Notes under the pieces: model-generated
What the model was told of the DNA's origin: nothing
The model's input: only the letters and a program-made list of their open reading frames with translations
Databases searched by the model: none
Shown here: positions 7,983-17,550 of the stretch, one piece after another
Layout: each line of letters begins with the position of its first letter
How positions within the stretch are numbered: position 1 is the stretch's first letter
Assembly (NCBI GenBank): GCA_016699265.1
Contig: CP064967.1
Coordinates: 150,001-182,000, forward strand
Length of the DNA: 32,000 nt
DNA from: Candidatus Saccharimonadota bacterium
GTDB lineage: Bacteria > Patescibacteriota > Microgenomatia > UBA1406 > GWC2-37-13
Reading direction: 5' to 3'
Made by a program: the position numbers and the translations under genes

Positions 7983-8765
7983 ATGAAATTATCGCTTTGT
8001 ATAGCCGTCTTCAACGAAGAAATTAACCTTCACTATCCGCTCGACTCATGTATAGACTGGGTAGACGAGGTGATTATAGTAGACGGAGGCTCTACTGACC
8101 GAACGGTTGAGGTTGCTAAGTCATACGGTAAAAAGGTTAAGATATTCCACCGAGACAACCCTCCATTATTCCTTATTAACCGCCAAAGAGCCATGGATCA
8201 AGCGAAAGGCGACTGGATTTTACAGTTAGATGCGGATGAAGAGGTGACGGAACAATTGAAAGACGAAATACTTTCAATTGTAAGTTCTAAGTTCGAAGTT
8301 CAAAGTTCTAAATACATTGCCTACTGGATACCAAGACGCAACTTTTTTATTGGTCGATTCCTCATGAAAGGTGGTGTATATCCAGATCCAGTCCTCAGAC
8401 TGTACAGAAACGGGTGCGCATCCTTCCGAAGCGAACACGTGCATGAGCATGCGGTCATCGATCCATCTGTTATTTTTCCAAAGCTGAAAAAAGGGGAGTA
8501 TAGAGTTGAGGACTATATCGGTAGGTTGAAGAACGACCTCTGTCACTATGCAGATCCATACTTTGGTCGTTATCTCATGCGATGGAAGCGGTATAACAAA
8601 GTAGATGCAAAGCTGTTGAATGATCAAAAAAAGAAGGCTGGATTTTTCAATTACTGTATCTGGAAGCCAATCTACACATTTATTTTGCTTTACGGTCGCC
8701 ACAAGGGCTTTATGGATGGGTGGCAGGGTTCGTCTTCGCTTTTATGTCATCGGTTAGGTTTATAG
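7983..8765 (+). CDS. Family 2 glycosyltransferase (apparent frameshift near the 3' end)
   Basis: LSLCIAVFNEE...VIIVDGGSTDRT...LQLDADE is the GT2 core. The expected C-terminal amphipathic tail is readable in another frame from 8729 (see findings). Confidence 0.8.
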   Translation: MKLSLCIAVFNEEINLHYPLDSCIDWVDEVIIVDGGSTDRTVEVAKSYGKKVKIFHRDNPPLFLINRQRAMDQAKGDWILQLDADEEVTEQLKDEILSIVSSKFEVQSSKYIAYWIPRRNFFIGRFLMKGGVYPDPVLRLYRNGCASFRSEHVHEHAVIDPSVIFPKLKKGEYRVEDYIGRLKNDLCHYADPYFGRYLMRWKRYNKVDAKLLNDQKKKAGFFNYCIWKPIYTFILLYGRHKGFMDGWQGSSSLLCHRLGL

Positions 8766-8891
8766 ATATCTATCTAAAAGCGAAAAGAATTTCTAATTTC
8801 TGATTTTAATTTTGATATTTATTTCTAATTTTTCAATCTATAGATTTAAGGATCGATAATAAATAAGAAATAATAAATAAAAAATTAGAGT

Positions 8892-9959
8892 TTAAGACCC
8901 TATCTTAAACTCGACTACGTCTCCATCCTTCATCTCGTGATCTTTCCCGCAGATCTGCACCTTTCCTTTCTCTCGTGAACCGGTCCAGCCATTGCAACTC
9001 ACGAAGTCATCATAGGTCACTACATCGGCCTTGATAAACTTCTTTTCAAAGTCGGTATGGATTGTTCCAGCAGCCTGAGGCGCGAGGGTTCCTTTTGTGA
9101 TTGTCCAGGCACGTGCCTCCTTTTCTCCCGCGGTCAAAAAAGAGATAAGCCCCAATGTTTCATAGGCTTTTTTTATCAGAGTAATCAAAGTTGTTTCCTC
9201 GAGTGGGTTGAAAAGCATGAAATTGTCATCCCGAGAACTAGCGAGGGATCCAGCGGAGCGCTGCGCTAGTTTCTTCGTTTCACTCAGAATGACTTCAATT
9301 TTCTTCTTTGTTCCTTCTTGATCTTCGAGCTGCTCGAGCGAGCAGTTAAAACAGTAGATAACCGGCTTAAAGGTAATTAAGTTGAGAGGTTTCACAGCCT
9401 CCACTTCCTCGATGTGAAGTGAAAGAGTGCGGGCTGGACTGCCTCCATCGAGATGATTCTTCAGTTTTTTAACCACTTCATATGCCACAAAAGCCTCCTT
9501 AGGAGCGCTCGTTCCTTTAGGCTCTTTTTGTTTGTTTAAGGTCTGTAGATCGGCTAAAATCAACTCGGTTTCGATGGTTTGGATGTCGCTTACTGGATCA
9601 ACTTTATTATCCACATGGATAATGTCCTTATCCTCAAAAAGTCGAACGACGTGCAAGGTGGCTGCCACCTCCCGTATGTGAGTGAGGAATTGATTACCAA
9701 GTCCTTCGCCTTGCGATGCACCTTTTACAAGTCCCGCAATGTCGTAAAACTCTACCGCTGCGGGGACGATTTTGCTAGTGTGAACAATTTCAGCAAGTTT
9801 TTGGAGCCGTTCATCAGGTACCTCGATGATTCCGACATTAGGGTCAATGGTAGCAAAAGGATAGTTTGCCTCTAGAGCGACCTGCTTCTTTAGTAGGGCA
9901 TTAAATAGAGTTGATTTTCCAACATTAGGGAGTCCAACGATCCCGATAGAAAGTTTCAT
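8892..9959 (-). CDS. ychF: Ribosome-binding ATPase YchF
   Basis: [17 protein letters not shown] (G1), [10 protein letters not shown], and a C-terminal TGS-like region [14 protein letters not shown]...[15 protein letters not shown] preferred the ATG at 9959 over the TTG at 9968. Confidence 0.9.
   Translation of the reverse strand: MKLSIGIVGLPNVGKSTLFNALLKKQVALEANYPFATIDPNVGIIEVPDERLQKLAEIVHTSKIVPAAVEFYDIAGLVKGASQGEGLGNQFLTHIREVAATLHVVRLFEDKDIIHVDNKVDPVSDIQTIETELILADLQTLNKQKEPKGTSAPKEAFVAYEVVKKLKNHLDGGSPARTLSLHIEEVEAVKPLNLITFKPVIYCFNCSLEQLEDQEGTKKKIEVILSETKKLAQRSAGSLASSRDDNFMLFNPLEETTLITLIKKAYETLGLISFLTAGEKEARAWTITKGTLAPQAAGTIHTDFEKKFIKADVVTYDDFVSCNGWTGSREKGKVQICGKDHEMKDGDVVEFKIGS
9225..9293. 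repeat. Family A palindromic repeat inserted in-frame in ychF (69 nt = 23 codons)
   Basis: gtcatcccgagaactagcgagggatccagcggagcgctgcgctagtttcttcgtttcactcagaatgac. On the minus strand it encodes [23 protein letters not shown], in the variable linker before the TGS domain. Confidence 0.8.
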
Positions 9960-10069
9960 GAGCCTCAATTATAGCAGTAGGACGTGCGTAATAGTTTGTA
10001 GGTTATACTGTTTTAAAGAACTGATATAATCGCTGTTGGTATTGGAGTTGGGAATGTAGATAAAAAGAT

Positions 10070-11914
10070 ATGCGAAGCACTTTAAATCTTAATTCTGAGA
10101 AAAAATCGACAAATCATCAACTTCGACATGAACAAAAGCAGAACTGGAAGGTAGCGTTATATTTTTTCTTCATTATTGTCCTTGGAACGCTACTCTCAAA
10201 AGGCTCTATTCATGCTGGGTTTCTATTAGACGATCTTATACAAAGGCGCGTTTATCTTACACATAATTTACAGTTAAGTTTATTAAGAGCCTTCTCGTTT
10301 ATAGACGGATCTAATTTGGGATGGCTTATAGAGCGAGGGCAAATACCGTGGTGGTCCCACGTAGATCTTAAAATTTCCTTCTTTAGACCCGTTACTGCTC
10401 TCACTCACTACCTCGACTATGTGTATTGGCCAAAATCCTCAGAGCTAATGCACCTACAGAGCATTTTATGGTTTTTGATTGTATGTTCGTTGGTTTTATT
10501 TTATTATGAAAAAATTTTCAGGTCTTGGAAAACGGCATTGGTAGCCGCATTTCTTTTTACTGCTGATTTTAACCATTACAGTCCAATCGCATGGCTTGCA
10601 GACAGAAATCGATTAATCGCTCTCTTTTTCGGTTTGTTAACGCTTCTAACCCATCGAATGTGGGTGAATAGCTCTAAAAGTTTTTACAGATTTTTGGCAT
10701 TATTTCTATTTTTTACGACATTACTTTCTGCGGAGTCCGGAGTAGCGGTATTGGGCTTTATAGTGTTCTATTCAGTACTGCTAAAAAGGTCAGATATCAA
10801 GAAGCTTTCTCTTATGGTCCTAGATTATATTGTCGTTTTTATTTTTTGGTTGGTCATCTATGCTGCACTGGGTTACGGAGTGGCCAATACGGGACTGTAC
10901 ATAAATCCAGTAGCCGATCCAGTTCGATATTTAGGCTTGATTATCGAGCGAATTCCAATTCTTTTCATAGAGCAGTGGCTCAAACCAAGTATGTTTGTGC
11001 CTAGAAATCTATGGTCATGGCCAGATCCTTCACTTTATAGTCTTATAGAGGCTCCAGATAAATATTTTTACTGGACAGCGTCCATTGCAGCCATATTTGT
11101 GCTGTGGAAGGCGTTACACAGGATACTTAGAAAAGATGAGGTTGCTCAATATTTCATAGTCTCGACTTTTATAGCATTGTTTTTCGCTTCAACAACTAAA
11201 ATTATTGATGGACGTTTGCTTATTTTTGTCGGACTAGGCACGAGTGGCCTTGTGGCGCAGCTATTATTTTTATTTTTAGGAAAAAAGAAAAAACAGTTTA
11301 CCTATTTTTCAATTTGCATACTGATATTATCAGTTGTTTTGCAGGGCATACTGTCTCCAATCAGACTCTACAACTCTATGGTTCAAAAGTATTCATTTTC
11401 GGATGAGCTCGAAATTCTTACCGATTTCGAAAAGAACGCGGAAGGAAGATCGCAGTTTGTGATTAATTCTCCAAGCATGCATTATGTAGCTTATGCTCCT
11501 TTCGTGCGTAACTCAGGCTCATCAACTAGTGCTCAGTATTTAGTGCCGGGCTACAATCCGATACTAGTAAAGCGGGTAGATGAGAATGCACTACAAATTA
11601 CCATACTTGAAAAGCCAGAAGTAAAATCTTATTTCAATAAGCTTGATCCGAAAAAGTTATATGAAGATCTAGAACTAACATTTAACAAGTCGGATTTCCC
11701 CACTGAGGTGAGTAATTTTAGAGTACGAAATTTTTATGTTGAAGTTTTAAAATCTCACAATAAATCGGATAGCAAGATTATTAATTTTAAGTTCGATGAG
11801 AAGTTGTCGAGCAAATCTTATATTTGGTATCGGTGGGACTGGAAAAAAAGGAAATATGAGATCTTTACCATTCCTAAAGTTGGAGAAGAAGTCATCATAT
11901 CCGCTCCTAATTAA
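10070..11914 (+). CDS. Large polytopic membrane protein, possibly a GT-C fold (ArnT/PMT-like) glycosyltransferase
   Basis: More than 10 predicted TM helices, an early acidic loop motif (GFLLDDLIQ) and a soluble C-terminal domain of ~170 aa. The functional assignment is weak. Confidence 0.55.
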   Translation: MRSTLNLNSEKKSTNHQLRHEQKQNWKVALYFFFIIVLGTLLSKGSIHAGFLLDDLIQRRVYLTHNLQLSLLRAFSFIDGSNLGWLIERGQIPWWSHVDLKISFFRPVTALTHYLDYVYWPKSSELMHLQSILWFLIVCSLVLFYYEKIFRSWKTALVAAFLFTADFNHYSPIAWLADRNRLIALFFGLLTLLTHRMWVNSSKSFYRFLALFLFFTTLLSAESGVAVLGFIVFYSVLLKRSDIKKLSLMVLDYIVVFIFWLVIYAALGYGVANTGLYINPVADPVRYLGLIIERIPILFIEQWLKPSMFVPRNLWSWPDPSLYSLIEAPDKYFYWTASIAAIFVLWKALHRILRKDEVAQYFIVSTFIALFFASTTKIIDGRLLIFVGLGTSGLVAQLLFLFLGKKKKQFTYFSICILILSVVLQGILSPIRLYNSMVQKYSFSDELEILTDFEKNAEGRSQFVINSPSMHYVAYAPFVRNSGSSTSAQYLVPGYNPILVKRVDENALQITILEKPEVKSYFNKLDPKKLYEDLELTFNKSDFPTEVSNFRVRNFYVEVLKSHNKSDSKIINFKFDEKLSSKSYIWYRWDWKKRKYEIFTIPKVGEEVIISAPN

Positions 11915-12004
11915 CATATTTTTTTGGGGGGGAATCTTGTTTTGTTCGTTTGTTAGGACTCTTTATTCAAAAGACTTATAAGTTTGGTGGGTTATAATTG
12001 CTTC

Positions 12005-12427
12005 ATGAACTATCCGAAAGGATTCGTTTTGGGACGTTTTCAGCCAATTCACAAAGGTCATCAGTATTTAATCGATAGGGCTTTAGAGCAGTGCGACGAG
12101 GTTGTGATAGGGATAGGAAGCGCAAATGTCCAAGATGAGAAAAATCCATTCTCCTTTGAACAACGGCTTCAGCAGATCCAACGTATTCTATCGGAAAAAA
12201 AGTATCGAGGAAGAACCGTCTCTATCGTGGCGGTTGATGATGATCCGGATGACGCCGTGTGGCTTAAGGTACTTATTAAAAAAACAGGGAAGATTGACGT
12301 TGTGTTTGGGAACAATGAATGGCCAAATGGCATTTTTGAGAAGGCTGGTTACAAGGTTATCAGAGTTCCACTTTATAAACGGCACATCTACGAGGGGACT
12401 AAAATTCGTAAGCGGTTGGGAATTTGA
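12005..12427 (+). CDS. NadM-like nicotinamide-nucleotide adenylyltransferase / cytidylyltransferase family protein
   Basis: GRFQPIHKGHQYLI (the GRFQPxHxGH motif) and IGIGSANVQDEKNPFSFEQR. I preferred the ATG at 12005 to the TTG at 11984. Confidence 0.7.
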   Translation: MNYPKGFVLGRFQPIHKGHQYLIDRALEQCDEVVIGIGSANVQDEKNPFSFEQRLQQIQRILSEKKYRGRTVSIVAVDDDPDDAVWLKVLIKKTGKIDVVFGNNEWPNGIFEKAGYKVIRVPLYKRHIYEGTKIRKRLGI

Positions 12428-12436
12428 GAGGTTTTA

Positions 12437-13057
12437 TTATCTTTCTGCGCCGTACTTTTCCATTAATTGCTTGAGGCTTTCTTCGTTCATTGCTCCATTA
12501 GTTGGCTGTGCAACCTTTTGGAGATCCTTCATCATATTTGAGTAATCGGTGAACTTGATCTCTGCAGGAGGAGTAAAGAGGCTGTCAGCGACCGTACCAG
12601 GCTTACAGCTACTCTTATATTTTTCTATCATTGCTAAGGCGTCGGAAGGATTCGTACCTTTTCCAGCTCCGGTTTTTGAGTTTTGAGTAGGAGTGATCTT
12701 GAGATCAGGTACCTGCATCATAAAGCCTTGTTTGGTCGTGTCGTTCCACGAGTACATCTTTTTGTCCTTAAGAATCATACTTCCAGACTCTTCTGCCTTT
12801 GAACCGGTAAAGTCTGTTCGTACTGCTCCAGCCTTCATATACGTCTTAGTCTGTCTTCCGTTATCGTCGGTGAAGGTGCACTCAAGACTCAAGGATCTCG
12901 AAAGTGCATCTTGTATTGAGGTAAATGAAAGTTTTCCCGGTTGAGTTTGAGTTCCTGTCACTAAAGAACCACCATTTGACCCCGACTTATTCATTAAGAA
13001 ATATCCTGCAGCAAGAAGGAGGAGGACCACAACAACGGCTAGTACTTTTTTGTTCAT
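12437..13057 (-). CDS. Secreted or membrane-anchored hypothetical protein
   Basis: N-terminal signal/anchor KKVLAVVVVLLLLAAGYFL. No catalytic motif recognised. Confidence 0.6.
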   Translation of the reverse strand: MNKKVLAVVVVLLLLAAGYFLMNKSGSNGGSLVTGTQTQPGKLSFTSIQDALSRSLSLECTFTDDNGRQTKTYMKAGAVRTDFTGSKAEESGSMILKDKKMYSWNDTTKQGFMMQVPDLKITPTQNSKTGAGKGTNPSDALAMIEKYKSSCKPGTVADSLFTPPAEIKFTDYSNMMKDLQKVAQPTNGAMNEESLKQLMEKYGAER

Positions 13058-13166
13058 AGCAACAATAGGATAGCAAATCGTTTAGCGATGTCAATAGAAT
13101 ATTGATGAGTTGGATTAGAAGGGGAGCTAACACGCCACCTTCGTCGTGGCTTCGGCGAACCTAGGC

Positions 13167-13196
13167 AAAAAAAATCGGGCCGTCGCCCGATTTTTT
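13167..13196. terminator. Bidirectional rho-independent terminator hairpin
   Basis: aaaaaaaa-TCGGGC-cgtc-GCCCGA-tttttt: a GC stem flanked by an A-tract and a T-tract. Confidence 0.6.
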
Positions 13197-13555
13197 AATC
13201 CTTACCTAAATTTGTTTATTTCATAAGTGTTTTTTATCGGTTTTTTATTTTGAGCGTCTTCTCTTAATAATTTAATCTATTGATTGATTTTTTGAGTGAC
13301 GATACTTTTTTTAAATCCGATATGTTTTTTAAATTTATAACAGTGCACTTCTTACCTTATAACTATAATTATAGGATAAACAAAAGTAGCGGTACTTGTC
13401 AAGCGCATTTTATATAGGATAGTATTATGAGGCTAATATATTTATTATTTATTACTTATTATTGATAATTGAATTACTATAGTAGTTTAATCTTTCGTAA
13501 TCCATACAAAAATGAGAAATAAAATAAGATATAAGAAATAAAAAATAACAAGTAT

Positions 13556-15727
13556 CTAGGAGGTTTTTTTTGTGTATTTTTCCTTGGAGTGTTTGATGAT
13601 TTTATCTCGATTGTCATTGCTAACTGCAGGGAGGGGGAGTGTTTTGGCTGGGAATGGCGCACTTGTCATGTCGTCAATTGAGAGTTTGGTTACAACCTCA
13701 TATTTACCAAGAGATACAAGGTCATTCTCAGTATAAAGTTCGGCAAACTCTCTGGTGAGAATGTAGGCATCTTTCGCGCCTACCACAAACGAGATTATGG
13801 TGCCTACATTACCAAAAATTGCTTTTTGAACCGGCAGTTCAAGCTGATCTATATATTGATTGGCGAGAGTGAGCGCGAGCCTATACTTACGCGCCTCAGA
13901 CAGGATCTTTATAAACGAAGCGGTCGCAAAGTTCTGAAACTCATCTACGTATAGGAAGAAATCCTTTCTATCATCTTCTTTTTGAAAGGATCGACTCATT
14001 GCTGCAAGCTGAATGCGCGTAATAAGCATGGCGCCGAGTAGAGCAGCATTGTCCTCTCCGAGCTTACCTTGTGAGAGATTAAGGATAAGAATTTTGCCTT
14101 CATCCATGATTTTTTCAAGATCGATGGTTGATTTTGGGCTTCCAATGATGTTACGGATCATTTTCGAAGCAACAAACTGTCCTACCTTGTTCTGAATCGG
14201 CGAAATAGCTTCTGATCGAAGTTTGTCAGGCATCTTTGCAAACTCTTTATCCCAAAAATTCTTAAGAACAGGGTCGGTAATGTAATCTTTTACCACTTTT
14301 AGTCGGTACTCCTCATCGGCAAGCAATTTTAGAACGTCTACAAGCGTCGCATTCGGAACTTCAAGAAGTGTCAAAATGACATTTCTGAGAATATATTCAA
14401 GTCGAGGCCCCCAACTGTCACCGTAGAGCTTGAAGAAAATACTGACAATTCCAGAGGCTACTAAGTCTTTGTGCTGTTTATGTTTGACCTCGAGTACGTT
14501 AAGTGAAAATGCGTTATCTACATCGAATGGTTCTAGGTATACAACGTCGTTGAGTCGACGCTTTGGAATGTAGTCGAGAATAGTCATTGAGAGATCGCCG
14601 TGAGGATCCACGATACCAACGCCTCGTCCTTTACGAATATCATCGATTGCCATGTTCGTGATCAGAGTCGACTTACCTGAACCCGTTTTACCGATTATGT
14701 ACATATGCTTGCGACGATCTCGAGTTTTGATTCCAAAGATCGCCTCTTTATTCTTAAACTCTGCTCGAGCAAAGAAGTTAAGATCTTTTTTATCTTCTTC
14801 GTTATTTTGGTCAACAACCGGAAGATTCTCAGGTGGTTCGCCTGATAAAGTTTTTCCCCAAGTAATGTTACGAATTCCAGCAAGTAGGAGTCCGGGTGGA
14901 TGCCAGAGTGTGGCTAATTCCTGAGCATTCAGAACCTGATATTTGTGTTCGTTCATGAAGAAGCTACGATTTTTAGTGTGTTTAAACAGTCTTTTTTTAA
15001 AGACAAGTGGTCTTTTGAAGACGAACTGATTACCTTCACCAAGTGAGAAGCTACCAAAGGTTCCACCAAGATTACGAAGATAGTTCATTGGGTCGGCATG
15101 TTTATCGGATCCTGCGATAAGTCGAATTGCGACTTTCCCACCCTGGAATGAGGCCTTTCTCATCATGAGTAATTTCTGTGGATTTTGTCCGTATTTATCA
15201 GCTGACGCATCATAAGAGAGTACCTTTGCGGCCTCGACCGATTTGTGTTGCCAGTTGAAGGTGGTTGGCATGCAAAGTATCTGTATACCAATATGAACAT
15301 CGGGGTCTTGCTTGGATAAAAATCCAACAAGAGCAGAGAGGGGATCAACGTCCTTAAAGTCTTGGTAGGTTTTGATGGGTAGATAGAAAAATGAGTTCAG
15401 CTTCATTTCTGCGACCGCAATATGCTTTGATTTTATGATTCCGTTCATCGGGTCCGTCGTCTTTTGAAGTATGGACTGAGGAAAAGATGATGTTATAAGG
15501 CTTTGAACAAAGGTGTCGCTCTTCGTTGGAGCTGTTAAATAGAAGTAAATGGACTGATTAAGTAGATAGATTTCGGCAGAATATACCTTTGGATGAACTA
15601 TGGCACGTTTCCACAGAGGGACATATGGTGAGGCCAGAAGAGAGGCAAAGATCTGGGTAGCGCTTTCTATAGGCGTTTCGTCGTCCTTCGGATTTTTGAT
15701 ATGAAAGAATGAAAGTGACTTTGACAT
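13556..15727 (-). CDS. VirD4/TraG/TraD-like type IV coupling-protein-family ATPase
   Basis: Walker A IIGKTGSGKST and Walker B-like FFLYVDEFQNF, followed by ARKYRLALTLANQY (the TraG-D_C style). No obvious N-terminal TM helices. ATG at 15727; the ORF track uses a TTG at 15745. Confidence 0.7.
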   Translation of the reverse strand: MSKSLSFFHIKNPKDDETPIESATQIFASLLASPYVPLWKRAIVHPKVYSAEIYLLNQSIYFYLTAPTKSDTFVQSLITSSFPQSILQKTTDPMNGIIKSKHIAVAEMKLNSFFYLPIKTYQDFKDVDPLSALVGFLSKQDPDVHIGIQILCMPTTFNWQHKSVEAAKVLSYDASADKYGQNPQKLLMMRKASFQGGKVAIRLIAGSDKHADPMNYLRNLGGTFGSFSLGEGNQFVFKRPLVFKKRLFKHTKNRSFFMNEHKYQVLNAQELATLWHPPGLLLAGIRNITWGKTLSGEPPENLPVVDQNNEEDKKDLNFFARAEFKNKEAIFGIKTRDRRKHMYIIGKTGSGKSTLITNMAIDDIRKGRGVGIVDPHGDLSMTILDYIPKRRLNDVVYLEPFDVDNAFSLNVLEVKHKQHKDLVASGIVSIFFKLYGDSWGPRLEYILRNVILTLLEVPNATLVDVLKLLADEEYRLKVVKDYITDPVLKNFWDKEFAKMPDKLRSEAISPIQNKVGQFVASKMIRNIIGSPKSTIDLEKIMDEGKILILNLSQGKLGEDNAALLGAMLITRIQLAAMSRSFQKEDDRKDFFLYVDEFQNFATASFIKILSEARKYRLALTLANQYIDQLELPVQKAIFGNVGTIISFVVGAKDAYILTREFAELYTENDLVSLGKYEVVTKLSIDDMTSAPFPAKTLPLPAVSNDNRDKIIKHSKEKYTKKTS

Positions 15728-15771
15728 CTCAATTTGATTATACAAAAACCATGAGATTAGATGGGTGCTGT

Positions 15772-16002
15772 TTAAGTTGTGCCAATCTTTTTTGGTATGA
15801 GTTCATTCACGTTTATTTTAAGTTCTCTGGCGAGTTTTGCGAGTACTATAAATGAAGGATTTCGAAGTCCGTGCTCGATCTGCGAGATGTACGTTCTGTC
15901 AACGTCCGTAATCACCGAGAGCTCCTCTTGAGTAATATTGCGTTTTCGTCGTGCTGTATAGATTTTTTCTCCCAATTTGCGATATAGAACGCGACCTTTC
16001 AT
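15772..16002 (-). CDS. XRE-family helix-turn-helix transcriptional regulator
   Basis: ITQEELSVITDVDRTYISQIEHGLRNPSFIVLAKLARELKINVNELI is a classic Cro/C1-type HTH. Confidence 0.85.
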   Translation of the reverse strand: MKGRVLYRKLGEKIYTARRKRNITQEELSVITDVDRTYISQIEHGLRNPSFIVLAKLARELKINVNELIPKKIGTT

Positions 16003-16005
16003 AGT

Positions 16006-16027
16006 ATGGCTACATTACTGTAGCCAT
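16006..16027. promoter_or_regulatory. Perfect 9-bp inverted repeat, candidate operator for the XRE regulator
   Basis: ATGGCTACA-ttac-TGTAGCCAT begins 4 nt upstream of the XRE start codon. A second small palindrome, TTGACgataGTCAA, lies at 16041-16054. Confidence 0.4.
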
Positions 16028-16097
16028 TAGTCGAAATCTATTGACGATAGTCAACAAAAAGTGTTTTTTGAACTGTTGGAGCAAGCCATGAGATCTA

Positions 16098-17426
16098 TTA
16101 TTTGCTGAAGGCGAAGCGGGGAGTGAGCGTATATGATTTTGAGACCAGAGTCTGATAGTCTCGGGTAAGTTGAGTTGAGCGACGTTTTCTAGCCAATAGC
16201 TTCGAAAAAGTAATTAGTTTTTTATATTTATGTTTATCGGATCGAAGTGTCTTAAGAAGGTCGAGAATATCGTTTTTATCAATTGAGAAAAATAGGTCAC
16301 GATCGGTGATCTGAGACTCCTCCATTGCTTTGAGAAAGTCGGGAGACTTCATGTAATCAAGGAATGTTGTTGAGAAGATCACGGGCTTATGAAATCCTAA
16401 AGCATGCGTCATGGTTGATGGTGCGGCCATGAACTCTCGGTTTGGAAGAGCCACTACGTCTGCAGCTGAGTAGTACTGAGTAAGTTTGTGTTCATCGACA
16501 AACCCAACAATTGTCGTGCGACTTGACTCACGGGCCAACTTATACACTTCCCTGCAATATTTTTGGTACTGGGGACTATTTTTCAGCGCCGGGTTTTTTC
16601 CTCCAACAAGAAGAAGTTTCATATTCTGGGTATTTATTTGGTTGAATACCTTTGTGATCCAATCAGTTCCTTTATGCCAGTCAAAAAAACCAAAAACCAA
16701 CACAACAAAATCATTGCTCGAGAGCCCTAACTTGCGCTTGGATAGTGCTTTTGATACTGTTGGTTGCTCGGTTACCCCAACGGGAATAGTTACGAGCTTG
16801 TCTGCGTTAATGTATTTTCTAAGCTTGTCGCGTAAGTCTTCCTCAAATACGATTACCTTGTCCGAGAGGAGTCCGATGATTTTGTAGAAAAACTTAAGGT
16901 ATAGATTAGTAAGCTGGATACGAGAATGATTCCATAGTTTACGAACCATAAATCTGGTCTGTTTAATCTGTAGTTTGTAGAGCTGGAATTGGTGATGTTT
17001 CAAGGTTGCAAACTCCTGTGGAGCGTGCTGAAACTCAAAGTAAACGTGTTTTCCCAAAAACTTCATGACAGCGACAATAAAAGGTAGGATATAGGTAGGC
17101 GTTACTCCACCATAGACGTGGAAATCAAACTGGATGAGTATATTTCTAATATTTGTGTATTTGACAACCGGTCCAAGTACTGAGAGTAAAGAAAGAGAAT
17201 TGTTTCGCCTCCAGACACGTTGTACTAAAAGACTTTTGTTTTCACTATGAGTGATTTTCTTCCCTAGTTTTTCGGCCAATACTAAGATATTCTGCTTTTT
17301 AGAAAGCTCAATGAGCGATCGTTTCGCATGGATAGCCAAAGGAAGAGCTTCGTGGTCGTTTTCAGGGAAGCTAGTGACCACTAGAAGTGTGTTTTCGTCA
17401 TTTAAGGGCAGGCGCCTTTTTTTCAT
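16098..17426 (-). CDS. Family 1 (GT4-like) glycosyltransferase
   Basis: The C-terminal half has GFVDEHKLTQYYSAADVVALP...ALGFHKPVI, typical of the GT-B retaining family. I chose the ATG at 17426; the ORF track starts at a TTG at 17450. Confidence 0.7.
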   Translation of the reverse strand: MKKRRLPLNDENTLLVVTSFPENDHEALPLAIHAKRSLIELSKKQNILVLAEKLGKKITHSENKSLLVQRVWRRNNSLSLLSVLGPVVKYTNIRNILIQFDFHVYGGVTPTYILPFIVAVMKFLGKHVYFEFQHAPQEFATLKHHQFQLYKLQIKQTRFMVRKLWNHSRIQLTNLYLKFFYKIIGLLSDKVIVFEEDLRDKLRKYINADKLVTIPVGVTEQPTVSKALSKRKLGLSSNDFVVLVFGFFDWHKGTDWITKVFNQINTQNMKLLLVGGKNPALKNSPQYQKYCREVYKLARESSRTTIVGFVDEHKLTQYYSAADVVALPNREFMAAPSTMTHALGFHKPVIFSTTFLDYMKSPDFLKAMEESQITDRDLFFSIDKNDILDLLKTLRSDKHKYKKLITFSKLLARKRRSTQLTRDYQTLVSKSYTLTPRFAFSK

Positions 17427-17550
17427 GATGAAGCTTTTATTATACCACAATTGAAGCCAAATCTCAGTAATTTATAGTTTGTAATTTGTAATTTGTATTG
17501 AATTAGTAATTTTTAAAAATTTAATAAAAATTAAAAAATACGAATTAGGG

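Noticed and set aside
8274-8702. Long antisense or overlapping ORFs inside confident genes: 8274..8702 (-), 9579..9875 (+), 12126..12545 (+), 12693..12944 (+), 16486..16887 (+), 18388..18879 (+), 5660..5926 (+), 28664..28906 (-) and 29421..29672 (-).
   Set aside because: Each lies wholly within a motif-supported gene on the other strand or frame and shows no recognisable motif. This is typical chance ORF content.
7839-9293. Whether the recurring GTCATCCCGA...CAGAATGAC repeats form a CRISPR array.
   Set aside because: There are only two full copies, about 1.3 kb apart. They are not regularly spaced, one is inside ychF, and there are no cas genes. The pattern fits dispersed palindromic or MITE-like repeats.
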